Source: Pseudomonadota bacterium
Lineage (GTDB): Bacteria; Desulfobacterota; Desulfarculia; Desulfarculales; Desulfarculaceae
DNA: 64,000 nt
Direction of reading: 5' to 3'
Assembly (NCBI GenBank): GCA_018819925.1
Contig: JAHJPG010000096.1
Coordinates: 207-64,206, forward strand
Shown piece by piece: positions 46,682 through 55,522 of this stretch; positions within the stretch are counted from its first letter, which is position 1; each line of letters opens with the position of its first letter. The position numbers were made by a program, and so were the translations under genes. The notes below the pieces were generated by a model, which was not told the DNA's origin, ran no database searches, and saw only the letters and a list, made by a program, of their open reading frames with translations.

Positions 46682-48271
46682 ATGCGACGTTTCGACAATC
46701 CCGATGTGACCATCACTGATGTAATGGCAAGTTACGGCAAGTGGCGGGCGTCCAAGACGGCGGTGGTTTGCGGCCCGGAGGCGATCACTTGGAGGGAGTT
46801 CAACAACCGCATCAACCAGGTGGCCAACCGGCTCATGGCCCTGGGCCTGAGCAAGGGCGACAAGGTCAGTCTGCTGTCGGGCAATTGCATCGAGGTGCTC
46901 ATCGTCCTGTTCGGGATCATCAAGGCCGGCGGGGTGGCGGTCCCCCTGAGCGTCATGGTCCAGGGCGATTCCCTGGCCCGCATGGTGATCGACTCGGACA
47001 GCAGGTTTTTATTCGTCCACTCCTCAATGGCCCCGGTCATGGATCCATTTCGGGATGACTTCAACCGCATAGCGCCCGATGGCTACGTGGTCATCGGCGA
47101 CGGGGCTTCCGGTTGGACTCCGTTGGAAGATTTCCTGGAGGGGGCCTCGCGGCAGGAGCCGGGGGTGCGCTTGGCTTATGAGGACCCCATCAACATCATG
47201 TACACCTCGGGCACCACCGGCGTGCCCAAGGGCATCGTGCATACCCACCACAACCGCCTTCACTTCGCCATGTCCTTTGCCACGGAGTTTCGTTGCGACT
47301 CCAGCGCGGTGAACATCGTCGCCACCGCCCTCTACGCCAACGGCACCTGGCTGACCATGCTGCCCACCATGCTCAACGGTGGGACTCTGGTCATAATGCC
47401 CAAGTTCGACCCGCAGGAGTTTTTGGGCTTGGTCCAGAAGCACCGCTGCACCAACACCTTCATGGTGCCCACCCAGTTCACCATCCTGCTGGAGCAGGAA
47501 AATTTCGAAGAGTATGACCTGAGCTCCATGCGGGTGTGGCTCTCGGCCGGCAGCCCCTTCCGTCCGGCGGTGAAGCGCCAGGTGCTGGAGCGATTCCCCG
47601 GCGACCTCATGGAGCTATGGGGGCTCACCGAAGGGGTGGGCACCATCCTGCGCCCCGAGGAAATGGCGGAAAAAACGGAATCGGTGGGCATCCCGCGCCT
47701 GGGCTGGGAGGTGGGAATCATAGACGAGCAGGGCAACGAGCTGCCCCACGGCGAGATCGGCGAGATCGTGGCCTATAGTTCCTGGCTCATGCCCCAATAT
47801 TACAAGCTCCCCGAAAAAACCGAGGAGGCCATCTGGTTGGACCGGCACGGCAGGACCTACCTGCGCACCGGGGACATGGGAAAGCTGGACCGGGACGGCT
47901 TCCTCTACATCCTGGACCGCAAGAAAGACATGATAATCAGCGGGGGCATCAACATCTTTGCCAGCGACATCGAGGAGGTGGCCTGCCGGCTTCCGGAGGT
48001 GGCCGACGTGGTGGTGATCGGGGTGCCCCACCCCAAATGGGGCGAAACCCCGGTCGCCCTGGTGGTCCCCAAGACCGGGGCCGCCGCCGACCTGGAGGCC
48101 ATAAAGCAACGCCTCAATAATAATCTCGCTAAATACCAGCGGGTTAGCCAGGTCATCCTTCGTGAGGATTTCCCCCGCAATGTTTTGGGCAAGGTGCTCA
48201 AGCGGGAGTTGCGCGATGAGTACCGGGACCTAAACAGTGAGGTGGCCCCCAGGGATCGAACGGTCGTGTGA
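46682..48271 (+). CDS. AMP-dependent acyl-CoA synthetase
   Basis: YTSGTTGVPKG, WGLTEG, RTGD, DRKKD.IISGG.NI, GK..KR. Confidence 0.93.
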   Translation: MRRFDNPDVTITDVMASYGKWRASKTAVVCGPEAITWREFNNRINQVANRLMALGLSKGDKVSLLSGNCIEVLIVLFGIIKAGGVAVPLSVMVQGDSLARMVIDSDSRFLFVHSSMAPVMDPFRDDFNRIAPDGYVVIGDGASGWTPLEDFLEGASRQEPGVRLAYEDPINIMYTSGTTGVPKGIVHTHHNRLHFAMSFATEFRCDSSAVNIVATALYANGTWLTMLPTMLNGGTLVIMPKFDPQEFLGLVQKHRCTNTFMVPTQFTILLEQENFEEYDLSSMRVWLSAGSPFRPAVKRQVLERFPGDLMELWGLTEGVGTILRPEEMAEKTESVGIPRLGWEVGIIDEQGNELPHGEIGEIVAYSSWLMPQYYKLPEKTEEAIWLDRHGRTYLRTGDMGKLDRDGFLYILDRKKDMIISGGINIFASDIEEVACRLPEVADVVVIGVPHPKWGETPVALVVPKTGAAADLEAIKQRLNNNLAKYQRVSQVILREDFPRNVLGKVLKRELRDEYRDLNSEVAPRDRTVV

Positions 48272-48422
48272 GGTGGCCGGCACTATGAGGGCGCTGAAGT
48301 AACCACGAATGGGAGGGCAGGGCGGCCCATGCGCCAGATGGGGCCGGCTTCTTACATCATCATGAGAATTAAGATTTCATTTTAGTTGTGTTATAAGGAG
48401 CAAACTTCTAACGAGGAAAAAG

Positions 48423-48791
48423 ATGATGCGCCCCGCCACGTTGGTTTGCCTGCTGACTCTGCTGGCAGCTCTGCTGGTGGCCACGGCCCAACCCGCCCAG
48501 GCCCAGACGAGCGGTCAGACCACCATGGAGTGCCTGACCCTCAAATGGCAGGTGGTGGGTGACAACGTGGAAGTTGAAGTGATTCTCAATGGTGAGAAGG
48601 TGGACAGCATCACCCTGACCGCCAACGACCCCATCAAGCAGTTCGACCGCCCGGTGAGCGGCTGCTCGGCCCAGGGGCGCCTGACTCTCTTCGCCAAGTC
48701 GACCTGGGGATCGGGCAAGCTCAACGTCGACGTGACCATCAAGAAGGGCTCGGACACCTTCCGCCACTCGGGCACCCTGGCCACCTGGTAG
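48423..48791 (+). CDS. small secreted hypothetical protein
   Basis: GAGGA RBS, signal peptide ending AQA, beta-rich mature part with two Cys, own terminator. Confidence 0.7.
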   Translation: MMRPATLVCLLTLLAALLVATAQPAQAQTSGQTTMECLTLKWQVVGDNVEVEVILNGEKVDSITLTANDPIKQFDRPVSGCSAQGRLTLFAKSTWGSGKLNVDVTIKKGSDTFRHSGTLATW

Positions 48792-48815
48792 CCGGGGCCC
48801 ATACGCCTTAAGCCA

Positions 48816-48860
48816 AAAAAGCCCCGCATCGCAGGCTTACAACGCGATGCGGGGCTTTTT
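48816..48860. terminator. bidirectional intrinsic terminator
   Basis: AAAAAGCCCCGCATCGC / GCGATGCGGGGCTTTTT between convergent genes. Confidence 0.85.
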
Positions 48861-48950
48861 ATGCTCCAACAATGGCCTTGAAAAAATTGATTTAACGCTT
48901 TCCCGCCCCAAGCTGGGTCACGAGCTTCTTCCTCATCCCGGCGGCTGAAG

Positions 48951-49289
48951 CTAATCGCACTTGTAGGCCTTGCCGATGGCCACGGCCCGGCGGTTACCCA
49001 CGTATTCCGCCAGCACCACATGGGTGGCGCCCATGTTTCCGGCACGGCGCAGCATATCGTCCCGCGCGGTCATGCGGGCCAGGGGGGCGTTGCCCGATTT
49101 GGTGGGCTCGGCGTAGCCCCGAACCTCGCCCAGGAGCCGGCAGCCGGTCACCTCTGATGCCTCGGCCAGGCGGGCGGGCGCGGTAATTTCGGTGCTGAAC
49201 ACCTTTTGGGCCGTGGAGTTGCCGCAGGCGGCCAGGCCAATGAATGCGGCGGCCGCGATAATGATTGTCCAAATTTTACGCCTCACCAT
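48951..49289 (-). CDS. lipoprotein, DUF4156-like
   Basis: Lipobox LAAC; C.LLGEV...R.A..MGA.HV...G.AYKC pattern. Confidence 0.7.
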   Translation of the reverse strand: MVRRKIWTIIIAAAAFIGLAACGNSTAQKVFSTEITAPARLAEASEVTGCRLLGEVRGYAEPTKSGNAPLARMTARDDMLRRAGNMGATHVVLAEYVGNRRAVAIGKAYKCD

Positions 49290-49401
49290 TATTGCCTTCC
49301 GTGAAATAATTCCCGGCCAACTCGATCATCTTTTAGCATGGCGCGCGGTGCGAGGCCCAGAGCCGGTTTTTCCGGCTCCGGGCCTCGCGGTTGGGGGATG
49401 C

Positions 49402-50640
49402 CTAGAAGGCCACCGCCAGTTGGGTGGTCACCAGGTCGCGCTCGTCGTCGTTGGCATAATCGCCGCGCAGATACTCCAGGCTCAACCTGGTGTCGGGCAG
49501 CAAGTTCCAGGACACGTTGAAGCCGTATTGACGCTCGGGCTCGAAATCGCCCAAGTCGCCGCTGCCCTCATAGCGCACGGCAAAGGTCCATTTGTCCAAG
49601 GGCATGAAGGCCAACTCAAGATTGTAGGCGTAAGGCTTGGCCTTGCCGCTGGCAAAGGAAAGCTCGCCGGCCTGGAAGTCATCCAAGGCGGTGATGTATT
49701 CGGCGTTGAAAACGGCCCACTTGTATTGGACGTTGAGCATGAAGGACAGGCCGGCCACCAAGTCCTTGAGCTGGTCGTCCACCACCTCGTCGCCCAGGTT
49801 GCCTCCGGCGATGTTGTTGGTGTAGGCAACGCCCGCGTTGATATCCAGGCCATTGGCGATCGCGTCTTGCACCGCGTCGAACTGGGCCCGCACATAGTAG
49901 GTGTTGATGGTGTTGTCCGGGGAGTCGCTGGCCTGGTGCACCGAGGAATTGTAGGTGCCGGCGCCCACGTTGAACCAGTCTTGGGCCCAGCCGATTTCCA
50001 CGGCGGTGGCCTGGGTCTCGAAAACGTTCTTGGTGATGGGGTCGCTGACCATGTAGGTCTCGAACAGGCCTATGGCCGGATACATGCGGCCGCCAAGGAA
50101 GTAGAAGGGCATGTCATCGGTCTGGCCGATCAGGATGAAAGCCTCGTCGATGTTGATGGGATCGGTGTCGCCCTGCTCATAGAGCAGATGCAAGATGCCC
50201 TTGGTGTATTTGTTGATGGTGGCGTCGAAGAATATCTCGGCCGTGGAAAGGGTGAAGTCGCTGTCGGTGACGGACTTGCCGTTGTTGGGCTTGCGGTTGG
50301 AGTAGGAGCCCTCCAGCTCAATGGCGCCGTACACCTTCAACCGCTTGCCGGCCTCGGTCAATAAGCCCTCGGGCTGCTGGGATTTGGTCTTGGCCACCTC
50401 CTGGGACATTTTAAGGGAGCGGCCGGAGGTCGCGTATGCCTCGGCGGCCGCTTTTTGGGCGTCTTGAGCCGACTTTTGCGCCAATTGCAGCTTGTTTTCC
50501 AGTTCGCCCACCCGCATCTTCAGGGCTTGCAGCTCCCGCAGTATGGCCTCCTGGGTTGGGTCGGCGGCAAAGCTCTGCATTGGGCCCAGCAGCAACAGAC
50601 ACAACGCCAGCAAGGCGATTTTGTCCACAGCTCCTTTCAT
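49402..50640 (-). CDS. outer-membrane beta-barrel porin (LbtU-like)
   Basis: Signal peptide, N-terminal coiled coil, G.IELE, LLYEQ..DEAFI..G, C-terminal QLAVAF; last gene of Ni/Co operon; family assignment from recollection of the motif pattern. Confidence 0.7.
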   Translation of the reverse strand: MKGAVDKIALLALCLLLLGPMQSFAADPTQEAILRELQALKMRVGELENKLQLAQKSAQDAQKAAAEAYATSGRSLKMSQEVAKTKSQQPEGLLTEAGKRLKVYGAIELEGSYSNRKPNNGKSVTDSDFTLSTAEIFFDATINKYTKGILHLLYEQGDTDPINIDEAFILIGQTDDMPFYFLGGRMYPAIGLFETYMVSDPITKNVFETQATAVEIGWAQDWFNVGAGTYNSSVHQASDSPDNTINTYYVRAQFDAVQDAIANGLDINAGVAYTNNIAGGNLGDEVVDDQLKDLVAGLSFMLNVQYKWAVFNAEYITALDDFQAGELSFASGKAKPYAYNLELAFMPLDKWTFAVRYEGSGDLGDFEPERQYGFNVSWNLLPDTRLSLEYLRGDYANDDERDLVTTQLAVAF

Positions 50641-50757
50641 TACCAATCTCCTTTCGATGTTTTCATTGCGTCCGCGCCGGTTTTGGGCGCAAACCTCCCC
50701 CTGCCGGGCCATACAGCCCGGATCACGCTGAACGAAAATGGGGGCGTAATTGTTAGA

Positions 50758-51399
50758 TCAGGTCTTCAGGTTTCCATTCTCCAAGCGAAGGATGGTGTGA
50801 CAGGTTCGCTCCAATAGGCCAAGGTCGTGCGAAACCATTGCCCAGGACAGGCTGGAGCGATCCAGCATCTCTTCCATGATCGCGGCCCGCTCTGAATCCA
50901 GACCGGTGCTCGGCTCGTCCAAAAGAAGGGCCTTGGGCTCCATGGCCAGCACCGTGGCCAACGAGACAAGGCGCTTCTCGCCGCCGGAAAGCTGGTAGGT
51001 CAGGCGGCCGCCATAATCGGCCATCCCCAGGCTGGCCAGGGTCTGGGCCACCAGCCGCTGCGCCTCCTGCCGGCCCTTTCCCAGATTCAAGGGACCAAAA
51101 GCCACGTCCTCGGCCACGGTGAGGCAGAACAGTTGATCGTCCGGGTCCTGAAACAGATAGCCCAGCTCCCGGCGCAGGGGGCGAAAATCCTTTTCCCCTT
51201 GGCACAGGCGGCCCCTGGCGTACACCTTGCCCTCCTGGGGATGAAGCAGGCCCAGGCAAAGCTGAAAAAGGGTGGACTTGCCAGCGCCATTGGGGCCCAG
51301 AATGCCCAGCCGCTGCCCCTCGGACAGGGAGAAATCAATGGCGTTGAAAACCGGCGGCCTCCCCGGATAGGCATAGGTCACGCCCTCGAGACGGATCAT
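50758..51399 (-). CDS. cbiO: ECF transporter ATPase CbiO/NikO
   Basis: GPNGAGKST, LFQDPDDQLF..TVAEDVAFGPLNLG, LSGGEKR, LLDEP; ATGA overlap with cbiQ. Confidence 0.92.
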   Translation of the reverse strand: MIRLEGVTYAYPGRPPVFNAIDFSLSEGQRLGILGPNGAGKSTLFQLCLGLLHPQEGKVYARGRLCQGEKDFRPLRRELGYLFQDPDDQLFCLTVAEDVAFGPLNLGKGRQEAQRLVAQTLASLGMADYGGRLTYQLSGGEKRLVSLATVLAMEPKALLLDEPSTGLDSERAAIMEEMLDRSSLSWAMVSHDLGLLERTCHTILRLENGNLKT

Positions 51400-52199
51400 C
51401 TCCACGAAATTCCACTCCATTGCAACAGTGCCAAGGCGATGAGCACACCGCCCGAAATCAGACAAAACCACGTGTCGGCCCGCCGCCAAGTGAAGTGGTC
51501 CAGCAACCAGAAGGTGCCGCTGAACCCCCGGCAGAGCATGGCCTGGTAAACCCGCTCCGAGCGATCCAGGCTGCGTATCAGCAAGATGCCCGTGAGTTGC
51601 GCATAGGTGCGATAGGTGTGCATGTTGCTGGCGGGCTGGAAGCAGCGCACCTGCATCGCTTGGCGCAACCGCAGGTATTCCTGGCGCATCACATGCAGGT
51701 AGCGGTAGAACAACAGGAACATGGTGACCAGCTTGGACGGCACCCGCAGATGGGCCATGGCATGAAAGATGTCCTTGACCGGACTGCTCCCCAACAGGGC
51801 CAGCAGGGCCAAAAATATGGCGTTGGCCTTTAGGGTGATGAGAAAGGCCAAGGAGAGGCCGGATGGATTGTAGGTCAGGCTCAAACCCAGGAAGCCATGG
51901 CCCAAGGACAGTTGCCAAGGCATGAACAGCCATAAAAAGGCGGTGAACAGGTTCACCGCCACTAGGCGGCTTAGAAACAACCTCCAGCCAAGCCGCGCCC
52001 AACCAACCAGGGCCAAGCCCAACAGCACGCCCAGGGCGGGCATCAGGGGCGAGTGGGCCAAGGCCATCTGCAAGCTGTAGATGAACACCACCACCACCTT
52101 GGCTCTGGGATCCAACCTGCCCACCGGACCCGGGGACAAGGCGTTGTCCAGGGAAGGCAGGAGGCCGCGGCTGGGGGCCTTGGAGTTGGCGTTGCTCAT
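51396..52199 (-). CDS. cbiQ: ECF transporter T component CbiQ/NikQ
   Basis: LDPRAK, LRVPSKL, YRY, RSLDRSERVYQAMLCRGF. Confidence 0.92.
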   Translation of the reverse strand: MSNANSKAPSRGLLPSLDNALSPGPVGRLDPRAKVVVVFIYSLQMALAHSPLMPALGVLLGLALVGWARLGWRLFLSRLVAVNLFTAFLWLFMPWQLSLGHGFLGLSLTYNPSGLSLAFLITLKANAIFLALLALLGSSPVKDIFHAMAHLRVPSKLVTMFLLFYRYLHVMRQEYLRLRQAMQVRCFQPASNMHTYRTYAQLTGILLIRSLDRSERVYQAMLCRGFSGTFWLLDHFTWRRADTWFCLISGGVLIALALLQWSGISWR

Positions 52200-52786
52200 C
52201 TAGCGCCCTTGGCCATTTTGCGAGCCTTCAAGTAAGCGGCCAGGCCCAGAAGCCCAGCGATCCAGCCCAGGCCGCCGATGATGTCCTTAAGGCTCGCCTT
52301 CTCCGAACGAGCCGTCATCTCCGCCAACTGGGCGCGCATGGGGGCCAGGCTTTTTTCGACGGCTTGCTGGACGAGCACGCATAGCTCCGGGGCGCTGACT
52401 CCGGCCATGGGGGCCTGTTTGGCCGCCGGCGCGGGCTTTTGCGCCGCGGCCGGTTTCTCGGGGACGCCGAAATCAGCCGGTTTCAGATCGAAAGTAGCCC
52501 GGTGACCGGCGCCGGCATTCAGCACCAGTTGAAATGGCGGCTGCCCATTGGGCACTGGCAGGGAAAAGCTTCCGTCTTGGGCGGTCTTGGTTTCGGCCAG
52601 AACCTTGCCGCCGGCATCCAGCAACTGCACCGGCTGGTTGCTGACCTTGCCGCCGCCCGGCATATAGCCCTCGCCCTTGATCCACCCGCCCTCCACATAG
52701 GCGTACACGCTGGTGCGATGGGCTTGGGCCAGGCCGGCAACCGCCATGATCAGGCAGAAAAAAATCACCGAGGTAGCTTGACGCAT
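52196..52786 (-). CDS. Ni/Co transport accessory protein (CbiL/NikL-like)
   Basis: Signal peptide then AH.., GEG, T..DG.F, GH, C-terminal DIIGGLGWI.GL TM; between cbiM and cbiQ. Confidence 0.75.
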   Translation of the reverse strand: MRQATSVIFFCLIMAVAGLAQAHRTSVYAYVEGGWIKGEGYMPGGGKVSNQPVQLLDAGGKVLAETKTAQDGSFSLPVPNGQPPFQLVLNAGAGHRATFDLKPADFGVPEKPAAAQKPAPAAKQAPMAGVSAPELCVLVQQAVEKSLAPMRAQLAEMTARSEKASLKDIIGGLGWIAGLLGLAAYLKARKMAKGAR

Positions 52787-52793
52787 ATTCGCC

Positions 52794-53408
52794 TCATTTC
52801 AGGGTGGGCCCCTTGCCGAAAAGCTCCGGCCTCACCTTTTTGAGAAACACCACCGCCAGGGAAGTGATAACCCCTTCCAGAACCATGCCGGGCAGGTTCG
52901 CCGCCAGAATGGCCCAGGCCGCCCCCAGGAATTCTTCCCCGCTGCAATAGAGGCTTACGGCGGTGAGAATGGCGGAGATGAGAATGGCGCAAAAGCCAGC
53001 CGCGAAGGCGGCCAGCAGAGGGGCGAGCTTTCCGCTTCGGCGCAGGAACGGGCCGAACAGGTAGTAGCAAAGCACCGCAGGCAAGGCCATGGCGGCGGTG
53101 TTGACCCCCAGCACGGTGAGGCCGCCGAATTGGAACAGCACGGCCTGCAACACCAAGCCCACGAACAGGGCCGGGAAAGCCGACCATCCCAGAATGACCC
53201 CCACCAGGCCGTTGAGGACCAGGTGAATCGACGAAGGCCCCACCGGCAGGTGAATCAGGCTGGCCACGAAAAACACCGCCGACAAGAGGGCCACCCTCGG
53301 CAGGCTTTCGTAATCGATTTTTTTGAGCCCCAGGGCCAGGCCGGCGGCGCTGATAATGGCGCCGCCGGCCAGTACCGGCCCTGAAAGCACGCCTTCGGAA
53401 ATATGCAC
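52794..53408 (-). CDS. cbiM: ECF S component CbiM/NikM
   Basis: MHISEG metal-binding N-terminus, SIHL, LQAVLFQFGGLTVLGVN. Confidence 0.92.
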   Translation of the reverse strand: MHISEGVLSGPVLAGGAIISAAGLALGLKKIDYESLPRVALLSAVFFVASLIHLPVGPSSIHLVLNGLVGVILGWSAFPALFVGLVLQAVLFQFGGLTVLGVNTAAMALPAVLCYYLFGPFLRRSGKLAPLLAAFAAGFCAILISAILTAVSLYCSGEEFLGAAWAILAANLPGMVLEGVITSLAVVFLKKVRPELFGKGPTLK

Positions 53409-53410
53409 CG

Positions 53411-54199
53411 TTAGCGGCCCGTTTCCGAGGACAGGGCGGGATGCGCGTATATCCAGAATACGCCGCCCAACTCAACGTCCTTGTCCTTGCCCTGATGCTT
53501 CAGCTTGAAGTCCTCGGCGGTGTGCAGGGCCGCGAAACCCCACCATCCCGGCCAGGGCATGCTCCAGTTGAAGACGCCGTTGGCATCGGTTTTAACCAGC
53601 TGGGCCACATAAGCGCCCGCCGGGGCCTTGAGTTTGCCGTCGGCGTTATAGAACTCCACCTCCACAGTGGCGTTGGCCAAGGGCTTGCCCTTGTAGAGGA
53701 CCTGACCGCAGAAATTGTTGCCGGCGTAGACCCCAAACGGCCTGGTGAGAGGCACGATCTCCATGGGCAGGCCCACGGGCTCGTCCCAGCCCTCCTCCGC
53801 CTCCAAGGCATCAACCACCGTTTTGGTGTAGTGGATTATGAAGCAATCTTCGGAAGGCTCCCAATACGGCTGGGGAATCATGTAGAAGATGTAATCGCCG
53901 GGGGCCTTGACCCTGTACTGGCCTTGCCAAGTGGTGAAGCCGTTCACCTTTTTTTCTTTGAGGGCGGTCAGCAGGCTGGTTTTCTTGCCCTTTGTAAACA
54001 CCCCCGCCTCGGCCGGCTTGACCAGGTTCATGCCTTGGCCTTCCATGGGGTGCCAAAAGCGAAAATCAAGATTGACCACCCCGGGGCGCCCCAAAAGATT
54101 GCTGTCGGGGATAACCATTCCAAAATGGGCCAGCGCCGGCGTGGCCAGCAGCAAACAAAGCGAAAATACCGCCATCAAGATTCGCCCGATCATTCTCAC
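53411..54199 (-). CDS. periplasmic DUF4198/NikK-like protein
   Basis: Signal peptide then HFGM, HPMEG, PQPYWEP.ED..I.HY.K, EIVPLTRP, KTDANG.F, WWGFAAL. Confidence 0.82.
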   Translation of the reverse strand: MRMIGRILMAVFSLCLLLATPALAHFGMVIPDSNLLGRPGVVNLDFRFWHPMEGQGMNLVKPAEAGVFTKGKKTSLLTALKEKKVNGFTTWQGQYRVKAPGDYIFYMIPQPYWEPSEDCFIIHYTKTVVDALEAEEGWDEPVGLPMEIVPLTRPFGVYAGNNFCGQVLYKGKPLANATVEVEFYNADGKLKAPAGAYVAQLVKTDANGVFNWSMPWPGWWGFAALHTAEDFKLKHQGKDKDVELGGVFWIYAHPALSSETGR

Positions 54200-54291
54200 G
54201 CTCCTTTAACTAATGTTTTTGCTTCGTGTTTGAACGGCACTTCCGTGACCGTTAATGTGTAAAATTCGTCTTTCAATAGTCGTGATCCGTG

Positions 54292-54337
54292 AAAACAAAA
54301 AGCCCGGAAGTCTGCGGCCAGCAGACTTCCGGGCTTT
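54292..54337 (-). terminator. strong intrinsic terminator within the 5' region of the Ni/Co operon
   Basis: Minus strand AGCCCGGAAGTCTGC-TGGCC-GCAGACTTCCGGGCT-TTTTGTTTT. Confidence 0.85.
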
Positions 54338-54425
54338 CTTAACCCAATTTTTCCGAAGCTTACGTCTTAGGTCAAAGAGGCTTCTGCCTCTTTATTTGGC
54401 AAAAACGACGCTCTATGCGTATGGA

Positions 54426-54454
54426 CTGATAACTCATCGAATCGGTCCTGTCAA
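54426..54454 (-). promoter_or_regulatory. sigma70-like promoter
   Basis: Minus strand TTGACA-17bp-TATCAG. Confidence 0.45.
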
Positions 54455-54560
54455 CATTTTTTGGCCAAGGGAGGCGGCTAGGCCGCGCCCACGACCTTGG
54501 ATTGACAAATACAACTGGTGAGATGGCTGCGGTAAGGATTTGCTAAGGCGTCAAAAACAC

Positions 54561-54595
54561 AACAGGCGGTTAGCGTGACCCGCTAACCGCCTGTT
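54561..54595 (-). terminator. terminator downstream of tRNA-Val
   Basis: AACAGGCGGTTAGCG / CGCTAACCGCCTGTT followed by GTGTTTTT on the minus strand. Confidence 0.8.
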
Positions 54596-54602
54596 ATCGT
54601 TT

Positions 54603-54677
54603 TGGTAGGCCAGAGGGGATTTGAACCCCTGACTTCCACCGTGTGAGGATGGCACTCTCCCGCTGAGTTACTGGCCT
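54603..54677 (-). tRNA. tRNA-Val (anticodon CAC), CCA encoded
   Basis: AGGCCAG acceptor stem, D arm ACTC/GAGT, anticodon arm CCATC-CTCACAC-GGTGG, T arm AGGGG-TTCAAAT-CCCCT, ends ACCA; 75 nt. Confidence 0.96.
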
Positions 54678-55516
54678 TTAATCTCTCTTATGCGGCGGGG
54701 GCTTTGCCTACGCTTGCGGCCCCTAGCTTGTTCAGCTTTGCCTTGCGGAGTTTTTTTTACACCATCGCCGCTAGGTTTGCAAGCGTCCTTAAGGCCCAAC
54801 GCTTCTTTAAGGGCGGCAATTTCGCCTCCGCTAAGGCGCCGGGCCTGCCCCAGGGGCAGGTCGCCCAGGCGCAGGGGGCCGATCCCCACCCTGACCAGGC
54901 GCTGCACCCGGTGGCCCACCTCGGCGCACATTCGCCTGATTTCGCGTTTTCTGCCCTCGATTAGCATGAAACTCAGCTTGCTGGTGGTCTTGCCCGAGGC
55001 CTTGATCCCCACCTTGGCCGGGGCGGTGACGCCGCCCTCGATCTCCACCCCATTGCGCAAGCGACTGAGCACCACCGGGCCCGGCCGGCCGTCCACCCAC
55101 ACCAGGTAGCGCTTGGGCACCTGATGGCTGGGGTGGGTGAGCCGCTGGGCCAACTCGCCATCGTTGGTGAGCAGCAGGAGGCCCTCGCTGTCATAGTCAA
55201 GGCGCCCCACCGGGTAGAAGCGGCCGGTGGCTTCGGGGGGCAGCAGGCTCATCACCGTGGGGCGGCCCTGGGGGTCGCTCACCGTGCTCACATACCCCGC
55301 CGGCTTGTTGAGCAGCCAGTATTCCTTGGCCGTCGGGGAGGGCAGGGGCTTGCCGTCGATGGTGATCTCTTGGCGGCTGGGGTCGGCGGAGGCCCCGGGT
55401 TGGCGAACCACCACCCCGTTCACCGCCACCCGTCCGGCGGCGATCATGTCCTCTGCCGCCCGGCGGCTGGCCACCCCGGCCTGGGCCAGGATTTTGTGTA
55501 GGCGTTCAGCGGTCAT
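54668..55516 (-). CDS. rluB: 23S rRNA pseudouridine synthase (RluB family)
   Basis: ERLHKILAQAGVASRR S4 domain, LNKPAG, VGRLDYDSEGLLLLTNDG, EGRKREIRRM, RVGIGPL.L. Confidence 0.92.
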   Translation of the reverse strand: MTAERLHKILAQAGVASRRAAEDMIAAGRVAVNGVVVRQPGASADPSRQEITIDGKPLPSPTAKEYWLLNKPAGYVSTVSDPQGRPTVMSLLPPEATGRFYPVGRLDYDSEGLLLLTNDGELAQRLTHPSHQVPKRYLVWVDGRPGPVVLSRLRNGVEIEGGVTAPAKVGIKASGKTTSKLSFMLIEGRKREIRRMCAEVGHRVQRLVRVGIGPLRLGDLPLGQARRLSGGEIAALKEALGLKDACKPSGDGVKKTPQGKAEQARGRKRRQSPRRIREIKGQ

Positions 55517-55522
55517 GGCATC

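Noticed and set aside
54372-54437. 21-aa minus-strand ORF MSYQSIRIERRFCQIKRQKPL as a leader peptide
   Set aside because: Starts inside the putative promoter spacer and has no control-codon run; cannot be supported
54200-54454. Cobalamin or NiCo riboswitch upstream of the cbiM operon
   Set aside because: Could not find B12-box/GGGAA..ACTG or the NiCo junction motifs; kept only as an unknown leader candidate
21761-54603. Accessory block as a genomic island integrated at tRNA-Val
   Set aside because: No integrase, no duplicated tRNA 3' end seen, and codon style similar to core genes
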